This document shows, piece by piece, positions 21,876 through 35,808 of a stretch of 64,000 nt of DNA. The DNA comes from Xylographa opegraphella (lineage: Eukaryota). The DNA lies in contig JALDZX010000019.1 in assembly GCA_022813865.1 (NCBI GenBank), positions 248,001 through 312,000 on the forward strand, read 5' to 3'. The notes beneath the pieces were generated by a model that was given only the letters and a program-made list of their open reading frames with translations, was not told where the DNA came from and ran no database searches. Position 1 is the first letter of the stretch. Every line of letters starts with the position of its first letter. Both the position numbers and the translations under genes were made by a program.

Positions 21876-22796
21876 CTACACACCCTCCCCCTCGTCCATC
21901 TCCTCCATCTCATACCGCCGACAAACAGCCTCCCACCCCCCCCTCACCACCTCGGCCTCCCACGCCCCCAACCTCCCCAGCGCCTCCCCCACCGGCACCA
22001 AATACGACTCATACAGCGCCTCCTCCGCGTCGACGCCCGTCCCCACATGCCTCACAGGCTCATACCCCCCCTCCTCCAACTTCACCCTCTCCCGCAGCGC
22101 CAAGCCATCCGGATACCTCTCCGGCTCCACATACAGCCTCCGCTCGCCAGCCTCCTCCCTCTGCCGCGCCCGCGCCTCCATCTCAGCCTCCACCCCCGGC
22201 GGCACCGTCTCCGCCACATACCAGAACAGCACGTACTGCGCGGAGGCGCGGCGCACGGGCGCCATCTGCAGGAGCAGCGGGTCTGTGACGAAGCGCGGCC
22301 GCGGCGCGTTGTGCGGCCGTGGCTGCAGCGTCGTCAGCGGCACGGGGAGTAAGCGGTTGCGGTAGCCGGATTCCTCGAAGCCTTCGCGCTCGGCGCCGGC
22401 GTTGCTGGCTTCGCCGGCGTCGCGCCGCCCTTTGGGGAGGAAGAAGTAGTCGTCGACGCTGTGTCGGCAGAGCACGACGCGCGCGCTCGCGAGGTGGTAG
22501 ATGGCCACGCCGCCGCTGATGATGAAGGCGGGGCTGGGGAAGGTGGCGCTGGAGGGGACGGAGGTGGGTGGTGGGGGGTGGGAGCGCGGGATGGGCGTGA
22601 AGATGGTGGATGGGGAAGCGGTGTTGCTGTTGTTGCTGTTGCTGTTGCTAGCCATGGTATCCTCAAAATCTCTGTCGGCACCAGGGCCGGAGTAGTGGCT
22701 AGAGCCCGGGCTGAAACTGGGCGCGGCCATGTGCTTGGGCTGAGTGGATGGTTGAGCGTGCGAGCGCGAGAGACGGCGGGCGAAGAGCTTTTTCAT
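21876..22796 (-). CDS. Nudix hydrolase
   Basis: Nudix box G-RRDAG-E-ASNAGAE-RE-GF-EE-S-GY preceded by FFLPKG. True start may be a downstream ATG (22730 or 22655). Confidence 0.88.
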   Translation of the reverse strand: MKKLFARRLSRSHAQPSTQPKHMAAPSFSPGSSHYSGPGADRDFEDTMASNSNSNNSNTASPSTIFTPIPRSHPPPPTSVPSSATFPSPAFIISGGVAIYHLASARVVLCRHSVDDYFFLPKGRRDAGEASNAGAEREGFEESGYRNRLLPVPLTTLQPRPHNAPRPRFVTDPLLLQMAPVRRASAQYVLFWYVAETVPPGVEAEMEARARQREEAGERRLYVEPERYPDGLALRERVKLEEGGYEPVRHVGTGVDAEEALYESYLVPVGEALGRLGAWEAEVVRGGWEAVCRRYEMEEMDEGEGV

Positions 22797-23432
22797 CGGC
22801 CGCGACGGAGGTGAGCATGGCGCACATTGTTTGTGCGGCCGGACTCACTCAGCGGTCGTGCGTCATGCGGGACTGCGTGGTGGGCATTCACGGTCGGTCG
22901 GGAACGGTGTGTTGTTGCGTGATGGGTGATGAGGTCTATAGGTAAGGTAGGTAAGGTAGGTAAGGTATCGTGGAGTGAGGTTGGGGCCGAGCCGCACATG
23001 CGCGCGCTACGGGCTGGGAAACTCTAGGTTTCACACAGCTTGGGATAGAGGCGAGAACGAGTACCTGCCTCACGAACATCTATACACGCACATCGAAAAT
23101 GCAGCATACTCGCACCGTGAAGAGATCCCTACCAATCAATCAATATACCTGACCACTAGACAGCGAAAACGCCAACTCCAAAGCACGGGATCCACAACAC
23201 CAAAAACGACACTCAATCCTATCCTTTGTCCATGGAACGAACTCCAGCATTTCTAGAAATTCTACTTCTTGCAATGCGCTAGGTGGGCCATCCCCTCGGT
23301 TACGGAGTACAGCACGCTTTCAACGCCACGCGAGGTGGATCTCATTCAGCTTCAACAAGCTTGCTAGCTACCAAAGTATGTACAACAACCACTCGCTCTC
23401 AAACCACCAAACCTCCCCCATACACCCCACCT

Positions 23433-25472
23433 CTACGCCTGGAGATGCTTCTCCTTCTCCGACGGCTCCACCGAAGCCTCGACATGCTCAGTCATGAGCT
23501 CCCTCACGCCCTTCAAACACGCCACACAGACAAAAGCGATGACCACAAACGGGATGATGCTCGACCACGCCAAACGGTAGGCATAAGCGTACGCCCACTG
23601 GCTGGCCGACGTCGCCGCGTCGATGATGCTAGGGTTGATGCCAGGCACAGCGGCAATGAGCTCTGGTGATCCGGCCGCAAGACCGGCCAGTAGATCAGGG
23701 ACGGATGAAGGCGGCAGCCCGGCGGAGATGGCGGCCGAGGACACCTGCGGGGCGTAGGTGGATGCGAGCTTGCCGTTGATGATGGCGTTCAGCACGGCGG
23801 ATCCGAAGGCGCCACCGATAGCACGCGCGGAGAAGGCGAGACCGGTGGCGGTGGAGAGGAAGGCGTGCGGGGCGGTGAACTGGACCAAAGCGACGAGGAG
23901 AGTCAGCGGTCCGGATTGGCCGATGCCCGAAATCACGTTGTAGCCGATTTGGGCGCTGTTCAGGTTCGGGGTGATGGTTGCGTAGCAGATGGTGACGACC
24001 AGGAATAAACCGAAGGTGACCAGAAGGGGCGACTTCAGGTCCTTGTATTTGGTAGCGTAGAGCGTCAGGGGGATCGATGCGACCAGGGTGGTGATGTTGT
24101 ACGCCAGCTGCCGGATGGAGATCTTCCAGGCGTTCGTCTCGAAGCCCAGGTTTAGAACGATCTGCGGGGTGATGCTGTTGACTGCACTGTAGAATAGCCA
24201 GCTAAGATTCACGGTCAGTGTTTCCGCACGTTGAAGCATGCACTGGATGTACTCACCCTTCCACCGCGAATGCGAAGACCGAGAGCGCAAAGTTGGGGCT
24301 CCCCCTGAAGAACACGTGTGCGACCAGACCGTCATTGCGTCCTTTCCATTCTGTGCAAGGAACAATGTTAGTCCAGCTCCGGATGTCTTCTTGGGAAGGA
24401 ATAGCGGAGGGTTGAGAAAAGTGATCGGGTGCGTGGTCAAAATTGACGGATCTCATTCGAGTGCAAGGGGCAGAAATACGTACCATAGACGCCGAACGCA
24501 ACCAACATCGCCAGACCCAATGCAAGTGGGACTGCTACATGGACGTCACTCCAGGCATATGCCCCTCCTGCCCAGTCTAATGCCAACAGCATCAGGGTGG
24601 CACTGGTGACGAAGAGCAACGAACCGATGGGATCGATTGCCCAGATGTAGCCTTTGAAAGACATCTTAGGGTAGTCGGATCTTCGTTGAGGAAAGTAGAA
24701 GAACAAAAGGCCCAACGTGGTTGCGAGATGGAAAGCGGCTTGAATCCAGAAGATGTCTCGCCATCCGGAAGCATTCTGGTTCGTCACGCCTCCAGCTCCA
24801 AGTACACCAAGGCTGCCAGCCGTCAGCCGCGTGAACTGAACGCTCGTAAACAGGGGTCACATACAGTCCTCCAATAGCACCAGCCAAGAAGGCGAACCCG
24901 TTCGCCAGAGCACGGTACTTGAGAGGCAGAACTTCTGCGGGGATGGCTTGCACGATTGCAATCGTACTCAACGTGGTCCCGATCAAAATGCCCCCTCCTA
25001 TCAACATGGTCATGGAGGTGGCCTTGGCCGACACCACCGCACCCACGAAAGCGATCACGGGCGGTATGGCGGCCAGGTACTTGCGGTCCACCACATCGGA
25101 CAAGCGACCCACGATGGGTGACAGCACACTCTGCATGAGGAGTGGACCCTACAGCCATCAGACCCCAGGCACATCAGTGTGCATAGCAAGTGGACCTACC
25201 TGAATAATCCATCCCGCGAGGGACGGCTCTCCCAGATCTCTGATGATGAAAGCTATCACCGACCCGGCAGCCACGACGACGAAGACCTGGGCCATGATGG
25301 CGAAGCAGGTGACAAAGACGACCATCCACGACCGCCAGCTGAGATTGATATGCTCATCGTCGAGGTAGGAGTCCAGACGAACGACGGGGGCGGTGAAGTC
25401 GGAAGCCTTGGAGATCTCCTCCACCTCATGGTGAGCGTGGTCCGGCTTGTGGCTGTTCTCAATGGCAGCCAT
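23433..25472 (-). CDS. MFS efflux transporter, TRI12-like 14-TM family
   Basis: Motif A-like PIVGRLSDVVDRKY, GWRDIFWIQ, IDPIGSLL, ARAIGGAFG, AYAYAYRLAW; four GT-AG introns join the ORF fragments. Confidence 0.9.
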
Positions 25473-26983
25473 GTTGCGATGGCCGAACAATGCAGTTCAA
25501 CGAAGGAGAGTACGGACGATTGGTGAAGGGGGTGGAAAGAGGGGAGAGGGTGGGCATGAGCATCAGTTAAGAAGAGATCTTGGGCATCCTACGTTGAGGC
25601 CGATAGCGCGAACCGGGTCATGGGTGCAGGCGGAAGTAGAGTACTCGTAGATAGATTCCATCTCGCATCGCGCATTGGGGGAGTCTGGGATGCAAACACA
25701 TGGCCTTACCTTACCGTACCTTAGGTAGGGTTTGACTCGGTAAATGGGCGAGGTGGAATTGCCATGGATTTGATAATGCGGGGGGGGAAAGAAAAGAAGT
25801 CCGCCCGTTGACTTACCCCGGACCTAGACTTCAACCCCACGTTGTCGGCGTCGGCACGCTTCTTGTGCACGGCTTGGCAGTGGGCTGTAGTCGTCCAAGG
25901 TGCTAAGGTGGTGGTTTAGTGGGTGGGAGATCTGCTGCTTCGGGGACACTTTTACTACTAGCTGGAGGAGTTGTGGAGAAAGAAGGTCGGCAGTCAGAGC
26001 AAGGGGCGTCGCGATCAATCGGCAGATGCTTCGCCTGATCACCATGGCGGTGGACTGTTCATTAGTCGGGACTCCGCCAATGTGGATTTCAAGCCTTTTC
26101 TCCTCGTGCTTCACTCCGATTTGGTCCGGCATTCATAATAGGCGGAAGCCAGCTCGAATCAAGAGAGCTTATCGCTCGGAGAGTTTGCTCGTGATTCAAT
26201 AATAATTCACCAGGCCAGTCGAGAGTCAGTTCACCAATGCAGCTACGCTACCGTACTACCATCTCCACTTCACAGCACGTGCCTCGTGGCTGGCACTCGA
26301 GGCAGAGCAAAGAGTACGTGAGATGAAGCCGTGGGAGGGGCGGAAGAGGAAGTGCCGTGCTCAACAGGCTTCCGGTGAAGCCGCCGAAGCTTGGGAGCGA
26401 CGACTCAGCCCATGAGTATACGTACATACATACGAGATACCGCCGACCGGTCCTCGGTCAGCAATGACCAAGCAAGCTTGCAGCACGGACTTCTCGTCCA
26501 ATGTCTTTGTCGACAGTCAAGCATCATTTTATCTCGAGACGGAGACGACACATGATATCGCGATCAACTAGCGTGTCACTGCACGTACATGGCAGTCTTC
26601 TACACGAGAGACCAGTATCACATCCTCACTGTGGGCACACTCTACGGCCCAGTAATCATGCTCCGCTCAATGAAACACCGGTTGTCGGCCACGTGAAAAA
26701 GCCACCGAAACATCAGGCAGGAATCTTGACAGGTCATGACATCACTCGTGACAGCAGACGCCGCTTTTGACGCGTTGGCCGCCGGAACAGATGCATTCCC
26801 CATTTCACTGCTTGCGGATACTGTTCCATTGGTGGCAATTCTGCAGCTGAATATCGTGGATTTGTAGGTAGTCAATCCTGCTGACCGTCTTTCGGCATAG
26901 CTTCATTCAACTGTGCCTGATCGGCTCCAGATATCGTGTGGATCATGTCAAGTGCTTGCGGGCCAAGAGCTTAGATAGTGAAG

Positions 26984-29055
26984 ATGCTCGCCAAAGCACG
27001 AGTAATATACTGGTTCCGGACCGATTTACGGCTTCATGATTCCCCGGCCCTGAAAGCCGCGCTGGATCTCGAGCCGGAATGTCTGTGGCCCATTTGGTGC
27101 TGGGATCCTCATTACGTATATCGTGCTCGAGTCGGCCCCAACCGATGGCAATACCTGTAACATCTTGCTTCTGCTACGCCGGAAGAGCGTCTTGCTAATC
27201 GGCCACCGTAGCCTGGACTGTATGAATGATGTGTCGGCTTCCATCACGAAGCTGAATCCAAAGTCAAAACTCCATGTGATTCGGGAAGCTCCGCAGACGC
27301 TGCTGCCGAAACTCTTCAAAGAGTGGCAGGTCACCCATCTCGTCTTTGAGAAGGACACAGATGCATATGCTCGGGATCGTGATGCTGAAGTCTCACGACT
27401 CGCGAAAGAAGCAGGTGTGGAGGTCGTCATCAAGGTCGGCCGAACGCTGTATGATCCTGACGAACTGGTCAAGGAGAATGGAGGAAACCCTACGATGAGT
27501 ATCTCGCAGGTCGAGAAGGTACGTCTCGAGCATGTCATCTCTCCCATAGCCTTGCTCACTACTATCCCAGGCTGGATCAAAGATTGGGGATATTCCACGA
27601 CCGATGCCTGCGCCCACAACGTTGCCTGACCCAGGAGATACAAGAATGGATTTTAAGCAAACACGCCCATCACACGAGCCAGACTTTAATGCTGTACAGC
27701 GTAGCTCAACTGAAAGCTCCTATCTCGGTATTGCTGGACCCAACGGTGACTATTCCGTACCGACACTCCATGAAATGGGCCTCAAGGATGCTACCACGCA
27801 GCATCATGGCGGTGAGTCCATCGGACGTCATATGCTCGATGAAATAATCAAAGATGAAGCTTGGACGGCGACGTTTGAGAAACCGAAGACTGCCCCTACC
27901 GCATTCGCTCCACAGGCGACGACTCTCTTGAGTCCTCACATGCACTTTGGCTCTCTAAGTTGTAGAGAATTCTACTGGCGGGTCCAAGACGTGGTTGATA
28001 AATACAAAGGAAAGGCCTCGCAGCCTCCGGTCAGTCTGACCGGTCAGCTATTGTTTAGGGATATGTATTTTGGTGCACAGGCCAAGCTGGGCTGGTACTT
28101 TGGACAGACTGAGGGGAATGACCATAACCGCTTCATCCCGTGGCATCTCAGGAGCAAACTTGATGAAAAGGGTATCATTACAGGGGAATACGCGATCGAC
28201 AGTGAAGAGGCGGAAAGCTGGTTTCAGCGTTGGAAATATGGACGGACTGGCTTTCCATGGATTGATGCCAGTATGCGTCAGCTCCGCCACGAAGGATGGA
28301 TCCATCATCTGGCAAGACATGCAGTCGCTTGCTTTCTCACTCGAGGCGGCTGTTACATCGATTGGGTTCGTGGCGCAGAAGTCTTTGAAGAATGGTTGAT
28401 CGACCACGAATCGGCATGCAATATCGGCAATTGGCAATGGCTCTCATGTACGGCATTCTATTCCCAATTCTACAGGTGTTACTCCCCCATTGCCTTTCCA
28501 CAGAAGACTGACAAGGATGGACAATTCGTGCGCCATTTCTGTCCGGAATTGAAGGACTTCCCCGCCAAATACATTTACGAACCATGGAAAGCACCAATAC
28601 AGGACCAGAAGAAGGCTGGATGTCTTATCAAGGGAGATGGTACACTGGCTGAAATCGATGGGATGAAGGTATATCCGAAACCAATGTTCGACTTCAACGA
28701 GCGCAGAACTATCTGTCTGGACGGTATGAAAAGTGCATATCATGTCAATCTGTATGGAAACGATCACCGAGTTCTCGATGGAACGTGGCGAAAGCTCTTC
28801 CCAGATGACGCGGAGGGACCTACCGAAGGAAACAACGACCAAGAAGCAGCGGTTCAGAACAAGAAAATCAAGACAGTAACAGAACCTGAACCAGGGGAGC
28901 AAGGTGTTGACGAGGACCATGGAGGAGCTGCTGACACTGGCGGAGACCTCAAAAGTGGAGATAAAGACGGCAATAAGCGTAAGCGCGGCAAGAACGACGG
29001 GACTTTGGACGCCTTCGTCGCTTCACGCAAGACGAGAAAGCCCAAAGCGAAGTGA
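26984..29055 (+). CDS. (6-4) photolyase / animal-type cryptochrome family protein
   Basis: YWFRTDLRLHDSPAL, LSPHMHFGSLS, GRTGFPWIDASMRQL, GWIHHLARHAVACFLTRG (the His pair of 6-4 photolyases), NIGNWQWLS. Introns 27157-27211 and 27519-27570. Confidence 0.95.
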
Positions 29056-29907
29056 GACTACATCCGCAAATTCTGGTGTCAAGTCGACACCGCTTATCAG
29101 CCCATTCTTCGGTTTGCCACCGTCTGGGCAATGCTGGTCGCGCCGACAGCTTCGGTACGCAAGCAGTGTCGAAGTACATATTACTTATGGCTTGTGGTTT
29201 ATACAGCCAGGCTGTAGTTCAATCGCATACACCAGTGACGATTGTGAAAGCAGTGGGGGAATTTCGGACCAACACGGCTCTGCAGCTCGCACGCACAAGC
29301 CACCATTTGGCGTACTTTCGTGGAATGGGGTTCCGGCAGTGTTTTCCAGCTTAAAGGACATTTGGCTACCTTGGACTCTCTTGAAACCATATACCCCAAC
29401 GAGCGGAAGGGCTCGAGACATCGAGGTGAGATCTGTTCAAGGTACATAATATAGTAATGTCAGTTGTGAGCGATGTAGCAGTGGGTTTATCTCTTCAAAG
29501 CTAGCTAAGATTTCCTACTTGGACGTGATATATATATTGCATGAATCTCTTTATCGCGTGATGGGTTGGAGAATGTTCTGTGCCGTGATCTCGTAAGGCA
29601 GACCTTAGCCGCTAGTTTAGTCTCGCTGAATTGTACAATCTGTGGTTCGGCCTTCGGGAGGGCCGATGATAGTCCATCCGAGATGACAGAACATCTCTAA
29701 TAAGCAACCGATTGAGTGACAGACTCAGAGTACGGTCCTTTCGAGGAGAGTCGCCTCTCATATCGACCCGTGCCACCAATTCGCTGGATCTATGTTATCC
29801 CACATCAGCTCTAGCCGTGGACTGGTTTCCTAGGTGGATGTCAATATCCTAAGCCTGAGCGACCTTACCGTCACCATCTGCGCGTCGAAGCGCACTCTGT
29901 TTCACCA

Positions 29908-32900
29908 ATGCACGCAGTTCGCCAATCATGTCGTCCCAAGCATCAGGTCCTCGTTCTCAAGTGCTATCCGAGATTCCAAAAAAATGTCGTGGACGTCAAA
30001 CCCAATTCCAGTGAGCTCAGCTATCTACTGTATTATGCCTCCACACGAAGAAGCAAAGTGCAGAAGGTTGGGGAGTTCTTGGAGAAGAAGGCTGGGAGTG
30101 ATGTATCGAGAGGAAAGGTTGGGTATGTCAATCTCGGCGCGAACCTGCGCGTCAATGGCTGCGACAAAATTCCACAAGCTGAGCCAGGCTGACTTGCGCA
30201 GCAACGTTCAAGTAACAACGCAGATTCTCAGGGCGCTGATTGACAAATCGCCTCGAGACCTGCCTCTGTATGCGCCATATGTACTTCGGATCCTCAATCT
30301 CATAGTGGGATCGAAGGATATCAACATGGTGGAGGCGTCTATACCGACATGGGCGTCTTTCTGCGAACATCACGATATGGCTACCCTTGCAGCGGATCAG
30401 TCCTACTTGCGGCGATATGAGGATGTTGTCAAGGCCTACGCAGGATTCGCAGGAAGCTCACCCCCACAATCAAGAGGCACCCTCAGTGCGCCAATGGGAA
30501 TCCGATGGAGGAGTGCTGGTGTACAGGCCATAAAAAGCCTTACCTCATCTGATACTTTGGGCACCGACGGTGGACGGCAGCTTCATATAATAATGCCGAT
30601 GCTGTTGCAGAACCTCCACTCTCACCAAGGGAATTACTTGGAAACATTGCAGCAGCGTGTCGAAGCCAACGACCAGACCGAGAAAGATTCTTCCTTGTTG
30701 CGGAGGACAAGTCTAGCCACAGTTCAGACTGTCGACACAAACTCAGAGACCAATCCAGCAGCTGTATCTGGTACCACTGCCGATGCTGACCGCTTGGCCG
30801 AGGAAGAGGTGGGGGTGACAGCACTGCAGAGCCTCAAACAGATATTCACCGTAAACAACCGCGCACAAGTTAGGACAGCCACGACCGCCATACTCAGGTT
30901 CATCATCAGCAAGTTCGCCAATAGGACAACTTCTGTCAGTGTTAGTCCCCATGACTGGGCTACGGTTCTTATGAAAATGGTTACCACATGGACTCCTGTT
31001 CAAGACCGATTCATAATCTTGGTGACCGCGATGGAGACACTAGTGCGCAGTTCAGTGACCGAGGAGAATTTATCACAGCAGCTACTTTTAGTCACATTGA
31101 TCGATAGTCTGCTGAGTTCAACAATCAATATGATAGGGCTCAGTGTGATGGATGTTCTGCTGGGCTTGATTCAGCATATTCTTTTACTACTTCAGTTAGG
31201 AGGTAAAGGATCAAATGTACTGCCACATCATCAACAAACAGACGCTATTGACCTTTTCAAGGTCAATAAGGAGATCTCCCACCAACCATCTCCAACAGAC
31301 ACCCAGGATCACGATTCGCTGAAGGACGCAAACTCACCTTCTGCGACTCGCCAGGAGCTGCTTCTACGACTACGTCAGTGTATCGGAAGTTTAGGCACTC
31401 ATATATACTATTCGGACCAGATCTCCGACATGATCGCCGCTATCCTCCTGCGGTTGAAGCCGTCCCCAATGTCTGGGATCAATACAGCTGCAGCTGCGAT
31501 CGAAGATCCGGTAGCTGCCGCACAAGCGATATCGAACTCGGTAAACATGAAGGAGGATCCAAATACACATGACTTTTTTTCGTTCGGGACAGCACGAGTT
31601 ACAGCCCTTAATGCTATTAAAGATGTCTTGACGATCGCTAATAGAAACAAATCTGTCTCTGGCGCAGGCGCAGTTGGACGTAATCGAGTTAGTGTTCAGA
31701 CTTGGGAAGGCACGCAGTGGCTATTACGAGATGAAGATCGCAGAGTTCGCCGTGCTTATGTAGACGCATTGCTGACCTGGCTGAGCTTAGAGATGAGCAA
31801 GGATGATTTACGAGTGATGGAAGACAAGCGGCATCTTTCGAGAAGCAAGACGAACGCAAATGGAGAATCTGAGAGATTATCAATAATGTCGCATAGGGCT
31901 CTGTCCAGCGCATCTCAAAGGATACCGAGACCTTCGAAGTCTTCGTTTCTGCTGCTGCTGCATCTTGCAATCTACGATAATGCTTTGGAGTCTCCCGAGT
32001 CTCGATCTGATATTCTTCTCTTACATCTCCTCGTCTGCAACTTGATTGATAAGCTCGGAGTCAATGCCGTCAAGAGTGGACTCCCAATGATCATGCGGCT
32101 GCAGGAAGATATCAATAACGACAGTCTGATAAAACCAGTATATGCAAAGATCAACATCGGCAGCCTAGTCCATGGATACCTAGCGGCGTTGTGTGAAAAG
32201 TTTGACCTTGAGATGACCATGGCAGGTCATACGATTCACAACGAAGTAACTAGACGGAGAAAGGCAGGTATGTGGCTTGATGCCATTCGGGTTCCGCCCC
32301 TCCCGTTCGAACAGATTGTCAATGGTACATACGTCTCCTTAGTGGAAGAAAGGCCGTTGGAAATCCTCGCTCGAGAATCACTAAAGCCATTCGACGCGAC
32401 TTCGGATCTAGTCGAACAAATTTCTCGAGCATATGAAACATCAATGGCATCACCTCCTACTAGTCCTTCCAGTTCTCCTGGCAGAGTCTTCAGTATGCCT
32501 ACTCTATCTTCCTCTGGACCCATCTCGTCAGGAGGCCATGAGCTTCCTGCAGAGTTTCGCGATGCGATGCTTTCAATATGGAGCAAGGAGTCATGTATTG
32601 CCACAGTCGAGAAAGATAATGCTCCTACAGTATCACTTCATGGTTCCCCTTCGGGTCAGCAATCAGCTCGAAATGGTTTCCTGATTGCCAATGATCACAC
32701 ATCACGTGAGGAATCCCCTCCAGGTGCCGGTCCAGCAGCACAGCTGACACTTAACAAACAACGCAACCAAGGAAACGATCTACGGCAAAGTCGTGCTGAT
32801 CGTGGATCACTTGCTCCACTACAGTCAGAACAAATTCGACGCCAAAGTGGTCACGATACCGGACCACCTACTCCGATAAGCAGCTCGGATCAACAGATTA

Positions 32901-33712
32901 CCCTTCGGATGGATGATCTCAAACGTGTTTTGGCGGGCGGAGCTTTATCTGAAGTATTCTCGCATAGGAACAATGGTTCCATGGTCAGGGCGTCGAGTCC
33001 TCTTCGGACAAGTAGCACTGCCTATCAAGATTTCGCACATACTCAGAAGGCAAGAAACAAGTCCGACAGTGTGGCTGATGATGTCAGCGACGGAAGTGAC
33101 AGTATTGTTGACGCCGAAGGATACGAAAGTGCCAGCGAAGGCGACCTCCCTCAATCTAGTGCTCCTCATCCTCCACAAAACAGTTCGGCGCTTGCAAACG
33201 AATACAGTCAGCAGCTGAGCCTCCGATCTTTCGATCACAGCCCCAGCCCAGCGAGAGGCAACTCGAGACCTACGAGTAAGGAATACATCAAACTGCGGCC
33301 TCGATCATCCAGTTCGGCATCGGGAGAAGACCCGGAAGCCAACGCTCGGGCTTTGAAAGGAGAGCTGGTCCCTCCGGGGAGCAGAGGCAGTGGCACAGCT
33401 GCCGATGAAGAAGTCCCGCCCGTGCCTCCCCTTCCGGCCAACTATTCCGACCAGAAAAGCCCCCCGCTCTTGGGCAAGTTCAACACGGCTCGGATGTCCA
33501 ATGGCGCAGCCACGCGACCGACGACCGCTCCTGCGCCGACCAAGGCCGTCGCCCCGCGTGATTCTTCCCTGAGTGATCTGAGCAGCGTTGGGAGGAGCAG
33601 TCTCCGCATCACGGGTCAGGGGGACAAGAAAAACTCGATTCAGCAGCTCTTGAGTGGGATCGAAGTCGGCGACGGTGCTTCCGGCAAGGGCGTTGGCAAG
33701 CCGCCCTATTGA
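29908..33712 (+). CDS. EFR3: Efr3, plasma-membrane scaffold of the Stt4 PI4-kinase complex
   Basis: RPKHQVLVLKCYP...KPNSSELSYLLYYASTRRSKVQKVGEFLEKK, later LGTHIYYSDQISDM. Intron 30123-30201. Confidence 0.93.
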
Positions 33713-34717
33713 TGTATTGTGTTAGTGTTGTGCCTGGGTGGTGTTGATAGAGATGTGTTCTATATGGTGAGTGTCGAGGGGCGGGTTGTCGCTGGGGATT
33801 GTAAGGAATATTGACTACGTGAGGCGGCAGGTGGTCGGTGGGTCCTGTGGCCCCTACGCTTCTGTGTCGCAGCATGGACTTCTGCGATGTGGGGACTATC
33901 TCGACTACATGTTCGTTTGATGCAGAGCACTGTATCTAATGTCGTCTGTGTCTATGGAGCGAGTGGCTGGTGTAGTCGTCTTTTTGTAACTACTACCGAT
34001 AATCATTTTTGAACATTGTAAGGCCTTTGCTAGAGTGCCTCCGTTGGATACTTGTGTCAATATGGAGGATTGTTTCTCCCTCGGCTTGGGTTGTATCGGA
34101 GGCGTGGAGTGTGCGGCGTAGAAGACCAGATATATGGCTGAATGATGAAGGCGTGGGAGTTTAGTGTCCATGAGTGAGAAGGCAAAGGTCAGAATGCGAA
34201 GGACTTGGAGAAGTCATTGAGCTGCAATATTTATGCCATCTCGATCGCTCGCACTTTTTGTGCTTCTTCTCTGCGCTTGCACGCTCCAGTCGAGCTCCAA
34301 CTGCCATTGGTGTCTCGACTGTGGCTCCAATCCATGGTCTTACACATCATTGTACGAGGGATGAGGGCACAAGTTCGTGACGGAGATCATCTAATCGCTT
34401 CTGCTACCAAGAAACACCTCCGGCTGTAGTGTCAATAACAAGGTTAAGACAACGAGAAGTGGCTGATCAGGGCTGATTTAAGCATGAAACCCTTAGACGT
34501 ATCCTCACAGCGCCGCAACCATGTACGTAACGGCCATCCGAAAATAATCCGCGGGCCAAGTTTTCCCCACGAAATGCGATATCCTCTGTAGAAACGCCTT
34601 TCAAAACCCCAAATCGACTGCATTGGCCCTCCCCTCCACCTCTCCTTTCACCAACCCCCACCACAAGACGAAACCCTTCCCAACCCCACCCCCGTCCCAG
34701 GCATCCAGCTCCCCAAA

Positions 34718-35552
34718 ATGTCAGCCACGCCGAGCACAGAAGCCACAAGGCCGTTGAGCCAGAAAGCCACTGAGAACAGCGAGGTAACCAACCCCCCCAA
34801 TCTCCTACCCACCCTCCTCACCCCAACGTCCGTCGCCTGACGCCCCAAACCCCAGGGCGCCTCCCCGCGCGAGCTCATCATCGAAGCCTGCCGGCGCGAC
34901 AACGTCCCCCTGCTGCACGAGCTCTTCGCCTCGCACGCGTCCGCCGCCCAGACGGCGGAGCTGATCAACAGCGCCCGCGACGGCGTCGGCAACTACTGCC
35001 TGCACATCGCCGCCAGCTACGGGAGCTGTGAGTCGCGCTCTGCTTGCCCCCACACGCCCCCACACATATATGCTGATCGAAGCGCACGCGCGCGCAGACG
35101 ACGTCTTGGAGGACCTGCTCGATCAGGAGGACGTCGAGGTCGACCCGCTCGATCGCCTCGAGGGCGATTCCCCGCTGCACAAGGCCGTCCGCTACGTCAA
35201 CGGCCTGGAGAAGGAGGACTGGGCTGGCGCCGCGCCGCTGGTGGAGCTGCTCGTCGAGGCGGGGGCCGATGTCCGGTACGTGTCGATGTCTACGGGCTGA
35301 CGCAGTCTCCCCTCGCTCTCGCGCTTCCTTTCTTTTCTCCCTGCGAGAACTGGCCGCTTCTGACCCGCGCCCTCCCCTAGGCTGCGGAACAAGGCCAAGC
35401 TGCGCCCGATCGAGCTCGTGGATCCCCGCAACGCGGAGCTGCGCGCTGTGTTGCAGAGGGCGGAGTATGCGGCAATGGCCGGCAACGATGTCGTTGATGA
35501 GGAGGAGGAGGGGGAGGAGGGGCCGACGGGGAGTGCGAGCGATAGCGAATGA
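34718..35552 (+). CDS. Small ankyrin-repeat protein
   Basis: GASPRELIIEACRRDN...GNYCLHIAASYGS...EGDSPLHKAVRY...LLVEAGADVRLRNKAKLRPIELVDP; three GT-AG introns. Confidence 0.88.
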
Positions 35553-35808
35553 TTGATTGGTTTATAGATTTTTCCTTCTTCAATTTTTTACGTTGGCCCT
35601 GGGCATGGCGTGGGTTTGCATAGCACTGGTGTCTGATGGCGGGCTGGTTCTTGGGATTAGACTTGCGGCCGAGCATGGTGAGCTGTATGCTGCGTTTCCC
35701 TAAAGAAGGTTGTGCCAAGCGGAGTGAAATCTTTGATTGGAGGAGTGAGGAGAATCATGTGGCGCATTGACACGGCTAGCTTTTTGCCGTCGTGAGTCGA
35801 TACGATAG

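Noticed and set aside
23433..25472. Secondary-metabolite cluster around the TRI12-like transporter
   Set aside because: No PKS, NRPS, terpene synthase or tailoring enzymes in the window.
29647..29666. Hairpin or snoRNA upstream of EFR3
   Set aside because: Only an 8-bp stem; no convincing C/D or H/ACA boxes.
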